The notes under the pieces were generated by a model. It had not been told where the DNA came from. It ran no database searches and was given only the letters and a program-made list of their open reading frames with translations. This document shows, piece by piece, positions 41,450 through 53,059 of a stretch of 64,000 nt of DNA; within the stretch, counting starts at the first letter, position 1; each line of letters opens with the position of its first letter. The position numbers were made by a program, and so were the translations under genes. The stretch lies in assembly GCF_963921235.1 (NCBI RefSeq), contig NC_086097.1, positions 116,500,001 through 116,564,000 of the forward strand, written 5' to 3'. Source of the stretch: Mobula hypostoma. Taxonomy: Eukaryota.

Positions 41450-43012
41450 GAAGGGTCTTGGGAGTTTTTGTGCGGCATTCCCTAAAGGTTAACTTGCAGG
41501 TTGACTCAGTGATGAGGAAGGCAAATGCAATGTTGGCATTCATTTCAAGAAGAGTAGAATATAAAAGCAAGGATGTAATGATGAAGCTTAATAGGGCATT
41601 GGTCAGATTGCGCTTGGTGTATTGTGAGCAGTTTTATGATCCTTATCTGAGGCTATGTCCACACTAGACCCGATAATTTTGAAAACGCCGGTTTCGAGTA
41701 AAAATGACAGGCGTCCACACTAGACGTTTTTCAAAATATCGCTATCCACATTAAAACAGATATTTGGGCGAATCTACTCCTACTGGGCATGTGCAGATAC
41801 ATCTACAGAAAACAAGCGAAGAGGAAACGGTATAATATTTACGTTTCCGCGGCGGCATTGTGCTATTTCCATTGATCAAAAATTAGACTACCAACAACAA
41901 CAGCGAAAGAAAGTTTTCAACAATGTTTTCGAGGAATACAAAGACAAGCTCCGCTGGAAAAAGCTGACCGGACTTCTTCGTTTAGACGGACAATGAAGTC
42001 GAGCTGTTTCTGCGAGTTACAAATGACTACAAAGTCAGCAAAGCAGTGGAGATGTTTAATTCCAAACAAGCTATTAACATAGACAATGACGTAAACATCA
42101 CACACATGAAGCCGTCCTCTACCCAAGATCAACAAGAGAGTGGAATCTTCTGCTGCCAGACCTGTGCAGTATTTCTGACATTAATATTTTTAAAGATAGA
42201 CTCAATCAAATCAATTTAGGGGATCTATTCAAAAAAGCTCACTTTACAATTTAACTCTCACGCCGTTCACACCGACTGCATGTTATAACAGCCGTCCGGC
42301 AGCACTTGTGCAGTACCAAGCAGAAGCAGAAAAAGCATTGTTGTTGTGGTGTTGTCATGACAGCATTTTTCAATATTCCCGTTTACCCCGTACACACTAC
42401 AATGTGCAACAATCGTTATCAAATTTACACATTCTGGAGAGTGTTTTAGAAAAGCTCCGTTTTCGGGGGATGAAAAAGCCATTTCAATGTGCACGGAGGG
42501 TCAAAACGAAGAGCAAAAGCTTCATTTTCAAAATTATCCGGCGTAGTGTGGATGTAGCGTAAGAAAGATTGTGCTGGCATTGGAGAGGGTCCAGAGGAGA
42601 TCCTGGGAATGTAAGGGTTAACATATGATGAGGATTTGAAGAGTGAGGGGGGATCTCATCGAAACCGTCCTAGACAGAGTGGATGTGCAGAGGACATTTC
42701 CCGGAGTGAAGGATTCTTGGAACAAAGAACACAGTATCAGAATGAAAGGAGGTCCCTTTAGAACCAAGATGAAGAGATTTCACCAGAGGGAGTCTCCATT
42801 GCCACAGATGGCTGTGGAGAACAGGTCATTGGATAATACTATGTTTAAAGTGGAAATTGACAGGTTCTTGATTAGGAAGGGTGTCAAAGGTTACAGGAAG
42901 AAGGCAGGAAAATGAGGTTGAGAGGGATAATAAATCAACCATGATGGAATAGCAGAGCAGACCCGATGGGCCAAATGGCCTAATTCTGCTCCAATGTCTT
43001 ATGCTCTTATGA
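41450..43012 (+). mobile_element. CR1 3' fragment interrupted by a Harbinger element
   Basis: RKANAMLAFISR..EYKSK before and RGDLIET..FKVEIDRFL after; the CR1 text rejoins across 41651-42559. Confidence 0.85.
41651..42559 (+). mobile_element. Non-autonomous PIF/Harbinger DNA transposon
   Basis: TIRs GGCTATGTCCACACTA..GATAATTTTGAAAA / TTTTCAAAATTATC..TAGTGTGGATGTAGCG; 3-bp flanks TGA/TAA; Myb/SANT-like remnant FFV*TDNEVELFLRVTNDYKVSKA near 41974. Confidence 0.85.
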
Positions 43013-44624
43013 TGTTTACCCAACACACTGTTCAAAGCCTCCGAGCTAGAACATTTTTATTTATTCAGTGAATGTTATATCCAACTTGAATTGGTTAAAA
43101 GCCCAATTACTCAGTTTGGTCCCTGAGACTACAGAAATGAAATATGGTCAAGTCCCTCATACTGGTTAGTTCTTTTGGTGATATAATACACAAATATTCA
43201 CCGTTTTGTAAATTATCTGTTTCTGCATTTCTGCCTATCTACTGTTGTGATACTGCTTTGTCCTGACAACTTCAAACAAAAGCCATTCATAACAGCAAAT
43301 GTAAAGCTGGTTCATTAATGTTCAAAGTTCAAAGTACATTTATTATCAAAGTATGTATACATTATACAACCTTGAGATTCATCTCGTTACAGGCGGCCAC
43401 GAAACAAAGAAACCCGAAAGAACCCATTAAAAAAAAGACCTACAAACACCCAATGAACAGAGACAGAACAAACACAAATCATGCAAACAGTAGAAACAGA
43501 TCCACAGACACAAAGCTCGGAGTAGCTGGAGAAGGCCCACAGCCCCAGCCTTAGTGCAGCAAAGAGCTGAATTGGGACTGTGTGCAAAAAGCAGAGCTCC
43601 TTCACTAGGTCCAGGTTACTTTAAAAGTATGAATGAAGTATAAATTAATTAACTATGCCAAATAAATATTTATTATATCTATTAATGCTGTACATTTCTG
43701 AAAAGAACTTATTGTATACCTTCGAAAGAAAAGAATTGTGTGCTTCATCTCCTAGGTGGCAAGATGGAGATACATCTCTACCAAAGGAGATCCTTTCCTC
43801 CGCTAACCTGCAGGACACCCTTAGGCAAGGTGTAGCACCTGCTTAGCCCCCTATCAGAGTAACGTGATGCCATAGGAGTAGGAGGTGGATGTTTGTATGA
43901 ACACCTTGTGCATATCACAAGTCCTGGTTGCGTGGTCACTGACTCCAAGCAGACAATCTTTGAAGAGTATTGGTCACCCATCCTGGAAAGACACTGCCCA
44001 GAGGAAGGCAATGGCAAACCACATCTGCAGAAAAATTCACCAAGAACAATCATGGTCATGGAAAGACCCATGATCACTCACAATATACAACACAGCACAT
44101 AACAAGCAAAGAAATTTATCTCTAATAAAGAGCTATGCTGGTAAAGATTTGGCTGAATGAAAGGGGACATATTTTGCATCAGGAAATGAATGTCATTATG
44201 TTTTGAAGAATTTTGTTGATTCTAAATACTTTTACTTCTGTAAAAGTCTCCCAAATATTATAAACAGCAGTGCCACATGTAGAATATGTTTATCTGCAGT
44301 CAGGATTTCAATATTACTCCTTTGAGAAAAGATGGTCCTTGTTTTTCACAGAAGCAACACAGGTTCTTTGGCCAGTTGTTTACATGTGATCAAAAACAAC
44401 TTTAATAACATAGAAGAACATCATCCTGAATATTTTAAAACAATTTTTCACTAATTTTTACGAACTGAAAATAAACCACTGGATTCAAGAAAATGTGATG
44501 AATACACGTTGGAAACACAAAGCAGAATTCAGAAAAAGAGAGGAGTGGGATAAACTTCACAGCTGTTTTATGGACTGAGTGGACTTTTTGGTGACCTTAT
44601 CAGTACCTGCAACTGTTAAATAGG

Positions 44625-44955
44625 TATACAAAATTATGAGAGACATAGACAAGGTTAATGCAAGCAGGATTCTTTCCCGCTGTGGTTGGATGTAACTCGA
44701 GGTCATAGATTAAGGGTGAAAGGTGAAATGTCTAAGGGGAGGGAGCCTGAGATGGATCTTCTTCACTCAGAGGGTGGTGCAAATGTGGAATGAGCTGCTG
44801 ATGGAAGTGATGGATGCAGTTTCAATTTTAACATCTAAGAGAAGCTTGGTGGGGTATACAGCTCTATAGTGCAGGTGTGGGTCAAAGGGACGAGGTAGAA
44901 TAACAGTTCAGCATGGTCTCTTTCTGTGCAGTTGTGCTCCTTGACTCTGTGACTA
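44625..44955 (+). mobile_element. CR1 3' fragment
   Basis: ttcttcactcagagggtggtg...tggaatgagctg (FFTQRVV..WNEL). Confidence 0.75.
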
Positions 44956-47461
44956 TTAATCACTCCTACTCCCTAACTGCACTGAGACCAAAGGTGCAAT
45001 GTAATTCAGTGTGCAATACCGAGAATTGCCTCATGTTTTTATGCTTTTAGACATGACTTGAAGCAGAAGAGGGAAAGCAGCCTTATAGCATCTCTTACAC
45101 AGCACTGGCAAAAACAATCTCTTATATTTAAAGGTTCAAATGTTCACTTATTATCAAACTATGCATCCATATACAACTTTGAAATGTGTGTTTCTCCAGA
45201 TAGCCAGGATACAAAGAAATAACATGAAAGTTATTCAGAGAGAAAGATCAAACCTACCCCACCCTCCTGTACAGAAAAGAACGGTATCCCGATCATCAAC
45301 CCCCACCCCCAATCCCCCTCCCCCACCCAAAACTAAACAGGAACATCGACCCACCCCCAAAAAACAACCCCTTTCCCGCACAAAAAGCTAACAGAACATC
45401 AACCCCTAAACATCCTCTCCTCACACAATAAAACAGAAAAGGAACAGACGATTAAAAAAAACGCAGAATATAAAAACCATCGGTCTGAAAAAGTCCACAG
45501 TCCATAAACATAATAGTCCAATCCATAATGCAGACTATGATACCATCCTCTGAAATCATCAACATTCATCAAAAGCGATAGACGCCACACGAGGCCAACC
45601 TGCCTGCCACAGCAGGCCACACAGCAATAAACTGTGTGGTACTTTCATATTTTTGTTGTTGTTTGAAAATGAAAGGCAGCGAATGCAAGACAGTCACCTC
45701 ATTCAAGGAAATTCAATCGGGATGAATTATTATGAGGAAGGACAAATACATTCAAGCCCCTGTAATGGTGCAGCAATTTGCCTTTTCAAAGATAGTACAA
45801 GACGTTACAGGAGCATCAGAACTCACACCACTAGGTTCAGGAACAGTTATTATCTCTCTGCAACCTGGCTCTTGAATCAAAGGGGATAACTTCACTCAGC
45901 ATCAGCCAACCCATCATTGAAATATTCCCACAACCAATAGACTCACTTTCAAGGACTCTTCATTTCATCTTCTAGGTATTTGTTGCTTATTTATTTATTA
46001 TTATTATTTCTTCTTTTTGTACTTGCACAGTTTGCTGTCTGCTGCACTCTGGTTGAATGCCTTAGTTGGGCGATCTTTCATTGATTCTGTTATGGTTATT
46101 CTATAGATTTTTTGAGTATGCCCACAAGAAAATGAATATCAGGGTTTTATATGGTGACATACATGTACTTTGAAAATTAAGTGTACTTTTGACCGTCTCA
46201 GAGACAGGCACTATGCCCCACCGTATCCATATCACAGTTTTTTTCCCATCTATACTAATCTCACTTACCTGCTTTCTTGCAACCTCCTGGGTAATTCACG
46301 GCACTTTGGAATATGCGCTTTTGACTGTGATAGTATCACTGAGAATCTTACTGGAGTCAAATTCTTCATCTGTTCCTGTTTAGTAATTTGATAAACTGTG
46401 GGCTTCATGGTTCAGCTTTCATTAGGTAATAGGATTGCTACCAACTCCGAGGGGAAAATAAACTTGTAAGCATGACATTTCCCTTCCTTATGGAAGTTAT
46501 CTAAAGCACTGTTTGAAAACAGAGCCAAACAAAATCCACTCTGTTCTGATAATACCTTTGCACTCTTCTGAGAAGGAATAAATTAAAAATGCAATTTGTG
46601 GAATTGTTAGTGAGATGCATCAGACAAAGTTATGTTAAAAAAAAGAATGGAGCGAACATCAATTTAGTAATGAAACCAAGGAGTGCAGAAAGATAAAAGC
46701 ATTTTCCGTTAACTGACTATATTTTAGGACTGTTTTGACAAGGAAGATATTCAAACTTGAATGTGGCAGCAAGTAATTTGGAATGTACCTTCAATGTTTA
46801 TGGGCTTTACCCTTTTCTTCGTGCAATTGCTCCATGTACAGCCTAAATTTGTCAACGTCCTTCAATAACTCATTGTCAAAGTGCTAATTTTGCTCTTCAG
46901 AGTGCCAATTTCTGGGCAGTTAGCATGGAAAAAGAAAAAAGGTCAAAATCGATTTCATTGCCATATGCACAAGTGCATGCATGCGCAGGTGCAAATGAAA
47001 AGCTGACTTGCAACAGCATTTCAGGCACACAGATCTCGGTACATAACATTCATAAAAGAGAACATACAATATTAAAAATTCATACAAATCTATACAAGAA
47101 AGTACATAATTAAAACAAAAAAAAACAAAGTTTATTGTAGTGCAAAGTTCAAGGTTGTGCAGGGCAATTCAAGAACCAGATGATTGAAGGGAAGTAGCTG
47201 TTCTTGAACCTGGTGGTGTAGGTCTTCAGGCTTCTGGACCTTGCACCTGATGGTAGACATAAATAACATTTGTGTTTAAGACCTCTGGTCATTCTAATGT
47301 TCTTGACAGTTATTGAAATTTCAAAAGTAGTTACTGTTGTAATGGAGTGGCCAAGTTACCTACTTTATGATATGAATCAGAATCATGTTTTAATATTAAA
47401 AGGCATACGTCATGAAATTTGTTGTTTTGAAGCAGCCATACAACGCCATATATATTAGAAG

Positions 47462-48150
47462 ACGGAGAAGGAGAAGATGGCCGCGTGATGGCAGTACGCG
47501 TGGCCACTTCGGTGGTGATGTCTGTTATCTGTCAAGGAGGGGACCGTGCACAATCCTGATTTGATGGAGACAGACGTTAGAGTGCGGAGGAACATCTGGA
47601 AAACTTCTCAAATGCCCGCTTCGCTGCTGCTGCTACCGTGTGGTAACCAGAATCTCCAGAGCAGAAGGCCCCGAAATCCTCAGCTTTGTGTGTTTCAGCA
47701 GCCGGGGCAAGGTCGAAGGCGCTCGGCAGAGGATGGCACTCAGGAGGCTGTATCGGCAGGGCTGGTCGAAGCTCGAATTTTTCAGACGGATGGACTTAGT
47801 GTCGGTTGTGGTCGGCTGCTTCCAAGGCATTGGCAAGTTGATGGTGCCTGGAGATTTATGGCAGGGAGTTTCTCCCTTTTGCTGCCGCTATCGGGGACTT
47901 GGGAGTCGATCGACTCGGGGACTTTTGAGACTTTATTTACCGTGCCCATGGTTTGTTCTTCATCAAATTATGGTATTGCTTTGCGCTGCTGTAACTATAT
48001 GTTATAATTATGTGGTTCTGTCAGTGTTAGTCTTTTGTTTGTCCTGTTTTCTGTGATATCACTCCGGAGAAACATTGTATCATTTCTTAATGCATGTATG
48101 CATTTCTAAATGGCAATAAAAGAGGACTGAGTGTTCTCATAATCTAATCT
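47462..48150 (+). mobile_element. ORF-less non-LTR-like retroelement, (AATCT)n tail
   Basis: Starts ggagaagatggccgcg, ends aataaaagaggactgagtgttctcataatctaatct. Confidence 0.8.
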
Positions 48151-48697
48151 AATAATAATAAACTCCATAAATTACAATTAGAAGTATACAAAAAGATAAA
48201 TTAAATAAGTAGTGCAGAAAGAGAAATAAATAGTGAGGTAGTGCTCATGGGTTCATTGTCCATTCAGAAATATGATGGCGGAGGAGAAGAAGCCATTCCT
48301 GAAAGATTGAGTGTGTGTCTTTCGGCTCCTGTGGGCTCTTTGATTGGTAGCCATGAGAAGGGGGCATGCCCTGGGTGATGAGGGTCCTTAAAGATAAATG
48401 CCACCTTTTTGACGCATTGCTCATTGAAGATATCCTTGATGCAGGGGAGGCTAGTGTCCATGATGGAGCTGGATGAGTTTACATCTTCCTGCAGCTTTTT
48501 CCAATCCTGTGCAGTGGCCCCTCCATATCAGACGGTGATGTGACCAGTTAGAATGCTCTCCACAGTACATCTGTAGAGATTTGCGAGAGACTTTGGCTAC
48601 ATAAAAAGACTCCTGAAACTCTTAATAAAATATAGCAACACACGTAAAAGCTGCTGGTGAACGCAGCAGGCCAGGCAGCATCTCTAGGAAGAGGTAC

Positions 48698-48733
48698 AGT
48701 CGACGTTTCGGGCTGAGACCCTTCGTCAGGACT
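48698..48733 (-). ncRNA. Minimal type I hammerhead ribozyme motif
   Basis: AGUC CUGACGA A GGG UCUCAG CCC GAAAC GUC GACU: intact core, stem I AGUC/GACU, stem II GGG/CCC, palindromic ACGU in place of stem III. Confidence 0.75.
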
Positions 48734-50136
48734 AACTGAACGAAGAGCTAGCAAGAGATTTGAAAGTGGGAGGGGGAGATCCAAAATAATAGGAGAAGAC
48801 AGGAGGGGGAGGGATGGAGCCAAGAGCTGGACAGTTGATTGACAAAAGGGATATGAGAGGATCATGGGACAGGAAGCCTAAGGAGAAACAAAAGGGGGAG
48901 GGGGGGGAAACCAGAGGATGGGCAAAGGGTATAGTGAGGGAGACAGGGGGAGAAAAAGAATGTGTGTATATAAATAAATAACGGATGGGGTACAAGGGGG
49001 AGGTGGGGCATTAGTGGAAGTTTGAGAAGTCAATGTTCATGCCATTAGGTTGGAGGCTACCCAGACGGAATATAAGGTGTTGTTCCTCCAACCTGAGTGT
49101 GGCTTCATCTTGACAGTAGAGGAGGCCGTGGATAGACATATCACAATGGAAATGGGACGTGGAATTAAAATGTGTGGCCACTGGGAGATCCCGCTTTCTC
49201 TGGCGGACAGAGCGTAGGTGTTCAGCGAAACGATCTCCCAGTCTGCGTCGGGTCTCACCAATATATAAAAGGCAACATCAGGAGCACCAGACGCAGTATA
49301 TCACCCCAGCCGACTCACAGGTGAAGTGTCGCCTCACCTGGAAGGACTGTCTGGGGCCCTGAATGGTAGTGATCGCTCCCTACGCGACTTCTTTGTCCAT
49401 TTGTCCCCCCCATCCCTCCCCACCGATCTTCCTCGTGGGACTTATCCTTAGAAGCGGAACAAATGCTACACATGTCCTTACACTTCCACTCTCACAACCA
49501 TTCAGGGCCCCAAACAGTCCTTCCAGGTGAGGCAATACTTCACCTGTGAGTCGGCAGGGGTGATATACTGCGTCCGATGCTCCCGATGTGGCCTTCTATA
49601 TATTGACGAGACCTGACGCAGACTGGGAGATCTTTTCGCTGAACACCTACGCTCTGTCCGCCAGAGAAAGCAGGATCTCCCAGTGGCCACACATTTTAAT
49701 TCCACGTGCCATTCCTATTCTGATATGTCTATGCATGGCCTCCTCTGCTGTAACGATGAAGCCACACTCAGGTTGGAGGAACAACACCTTATATTCCGTC
49801 TGGGTAGCCTCCAACCTGATGGCATGAACATTGACTTCTCAAACTTCCGTTAATGCCCCACCTCCCCCTCGTACCCCATCTGTTATTTATTTGTATACAC
49901 ACCTTCTTTTTCTCCCTCTGCCCCCCCTCACTATACACCTTGTCCATCCTCTGTTTCTCCCCCCTCCCCCTTTTCCTTCTCTCTAGGCCTCCTGTCCCAT
50001 GATCCTCTCATATCCCCTTTACCTATCACCTGTCCAGCTCCTGGCTCCATCCCTCTCCCTCCTGTCTTCTCATATCATTTCAAATCTTCCCCTCCCCCTC
50101 CCACTTTCAAATCTCTTGCTAGCTCTCCCTTCAGTT

Positions 50137-50172
50137 AGTCCTGACGAAGGGTCTCGGCCCAAAACGTCGACT
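50137..50172 (+). ncRNA. Hammerhead motif, core-mutated copy (GAAA to AAAA)
   Basis: agtc ctgacga a gggtctcggccc aaaacgtc gact. Confidence 0.6.
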
Positions 50173-50992
50173 GTACCTCTTCCTAGAGATGCTGCCTGAC
50201 CCGCTGCGTTCACCAGCAACTTTTATGTGTGTTGCTTGAAATTCCAGCATCTGCAGATTTCCTCGTGTTTGTGGTAATAAAATATAGCCACTGCTGTGCC
50301 TTTATTTGTAATTACATCAATACGTGGGCTCAGGGTAGATCTCCAGAGATGTTGACACCAAGGAACTTGAAACTGTTCGCCCTTTCCACTTCTGATCCCT
50401 CTATAAAGACTGCTGTGTTTTCCCTCAAAGTCCCTTTGCTGAAATCCACAATCAATTCCTTGGTCTTACCAATGCTGAGTGCAAGGTTGTTGTGTAACAA
50501 CAAAGCATCAGTGTGAGGTTAGTCAGCTGTTCTGTTTCCATGCTTTTAATTCAGGACCAACAATCTCCCAGGACATCAGATATAATATTAATTATGCAAA
50601 ATGAAGTAAATGGGATGATTTATACCTGCCCTTGGTATAATGGCTCACCTAAAAACCTCATTCCACAAAGGGTGGTATTGCACCATACACCAATCCCTTG
50701 GCAGTCAGGGATTTTGTTACAATGCCTTGAAATGGGCCTGGAAGCTATGTCTTTCACTTCAGACAGAATGGAGTTACAAATGAGCCTTGCTGACAACCAT
50801 TAAATACAATGGATAAGCTCCATTGATGAATATTTCTCAAGGCACTCAACAGGGAGGGATCCCATGTGACCAATTAACCTACCTATCTGTCTGTCTTTGA
50901 AAAATGGGAGGAAAGCAGAGCACCTGGAGGAAACCCACGTGGTCATGGGAAGAATGTACAAACTTATTGGTTTATTTAAGATACGGTGAATT

Positions 50993-51806
50993 CCGGACAC
51001 AGAAGGACCAGTACATTTTGGCTCAGTTAAACAGCTGCCCTAATTAACCGAAGTTTCATGAAAATAGTTAAAAATGTATAAAAAAGATAAACTACCATTT
51101 AACTGAGTAAAAAATATGTATTTAACTGAAATACAGAACAAATTAGAACACTACCAATATTACTGCAGTATTACAAAACTGTGTATCAATTCCTAATCAT
51201 TATCGACGAAGGAATACATCCAGTGTACACTATGTGTTCTTTTGGTTGACTGTAAATGAACAAAGTCAGCACAGATACCTGGTGCAGATAGTGAAGTAAC
51301 TTCATCTAATGCCTTCAACGACTCCAACTTCCAAATCTTCGTTTTCATTGCAACATTCAAGATAACTGTCAATGTCTTCAAATTATTTGCAGTTCCAAAC
51401 TGGTTAAAGTAGTGAAACAGTTTAATTTTCATTCCCTTCTGTTTCTCACATCTCCAAGTCTGAATCCTTCAAAACGCAGTGAGCTGAATAGTTCCAAATT
51501 TTCTTACTGCTTATTTCTCTGCAGCGATCAGTGACAAGAACCACTGTTTTTGGAATACAGGCTCACACAACTGACACTGTTCACTCTGAGCACCAGTGTA
51601 GAGTCAACAGCAGCACAACTCCACGTGACTGACACCAGTCTGAAACTTTGCATCAACAGTGCCCTGTCCCAATTAAGCAGCATAGTGCCCTAAATAAACA
51701 AAGAGAGTCCTGACTATTTTCTCAATTCATTTTTGTTCTTTAAGAGTTGTCTCAGATAAGTGGCTTCCCCGATTAATTGATAGCCAATTAACCAGAATCC
51801 CCTGTA
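50993..51806. mobile_element. Tigger/pogo-like non-autonomous DNA transposon
   Basis: TA-cggtgaattccgg ... ccagaatcccctg-TA termini; shared with 11320-11687. Confidence 0.65.
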
Positions 51807-52130
51807 TTTATTTATCAAATATATGTGTCAAGGCTTGAATTTACTGCATATTCCCAATTGTCTTCGAACAATTTTAGACTTTTTCTTAACAGTGACTCTG
51901 AGCAGACATTGTGGTGGCTGTCTCCAGCAAAGATCTCTCTGGTTCAGGGATACTGAGATAAGTATTGATAAAATCTGATTTACGATAAAGGGAAGGAGTT
52001 TGTGGATATTTTGTTTCAGATGTTAGTCACAACTCATAGAGAACAAATAAACAGAATGTGATTGGTTGTTGTGGTCCATGAATAAAGACATAGAAACAAT
52101 CATTGTACATAGAATGAACAATACTATATA

Positions 52131-52682
52131 CACTCAGTGGCCTCTTTATTAGGTAGATCTATGCACCTGCTTGTTAATGCAAATATTTAATCAGCCTATC
52201 TTATGACAACAATTCAGTGCATAAAAGCATGCAGACATGGTCTAGAGGCTCAGTTGCTGTTCAGACCCAAAAAATTCAGAATGATGAAGAATTGTGATCT
52301 AAACAACTTAGACTGTGGAGTGGTTGTTGGTGGATGAGTATTTCTGAAATTGTTGATCTCTTGGGATTTTTGCACACAACATTCTTCAGATTTTACAAAG
52401 AGTGGTGCAAAAGCAAAAAAAAACGTCCAGTGAGTGGCAGTTCTATGGGTGAAAATGCTTTGTTAATGAGAGTGGTGACAGAGGAATGACCAGAACTGGT
52501 TCAAGCTGACAGAAAGTTGACAGTAACTCAATTAACCATGTTTTACAACAGTAGTGTGCAGAAAAGCATCTCTGGATGCACATGTCGAAGCTTGAAATTG
52601 ATGGGCTACAGCAGCAGAAGACCATAATCATACATCCAGCGGCCACTTTACCCCCTGTACCTAGTAAAGTGGCCACTGAGAG
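52131..52682 (+). mobile_element. Non-autonomous Tc1-like element
   Basis: TA + cactcagtggcctctttattagg ... aaagtggccactgagag + TA. Confidence 0.85.
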
Positions 52683-52804
52683 TAGCATGCTACCTTCCAG
52701 TAACAAGATAAAGGACATCATGAAGAGAGACAGTGGCTAGACAGAGACTAGATTGGAGATCTAGTCAGTGGTATGTGCTGCAAATGAAATTATAGAATGG
52801 GATT

Positions 52805-53033
52805 TGTGGTAAACCATGTATATATGTTGTAACTCGGTTACCCGCCTGGACACACACCTCTGCTGACTGCCCCTGTGGCTCCTCCCACAGAGTCCTGTAT
52901 AAAGGTATTCGCCTTGCCCCTCCCCCTCAGTCCGGGGGCAGACACTTACTGTGGAGGTCGTATTGTACAGCGAATAAAAGTCTTTCAGTATTTTACCAGA
53001 TCTCAGTCTTTTGGAGTAATTGAAGGTGCTTCA
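52805..53033 (+). repeat. 5' LTR
   Basis: TATA-like gtataaag ~52897, AATAAA 52973-52978, direct repeat of 57084-57312. Confidence 0.97.
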
Positions 53034-53059
53034 ATTTTATTTGCTGTACATTTTAAAAC

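Larger units (their letters stand above)
48637..50274. mobile_element. Penelope-like element 3' portion (GIY-YIG remnant + terminal repeat) in inverted tail-out arrangement
   Basis: Arms ~48635-49372 and ~49492-50235 are reverse complements; FTCESAGVIYCVRCSRCGLLYIDET*RRLGDLFAEHL GIY-YIG remnant; 14-bp TSD taataaaatatagc (48623-48636, 50275-50288) within a Rex1-type fragment. Confidence 0.9.

Noticed and set aside
52875..53059. N-terminal part of the 247-aa ORF
   Set aside because: Starts at a GTG inside the LTR; the real gag start is probably ATG 53060, now frameshifted
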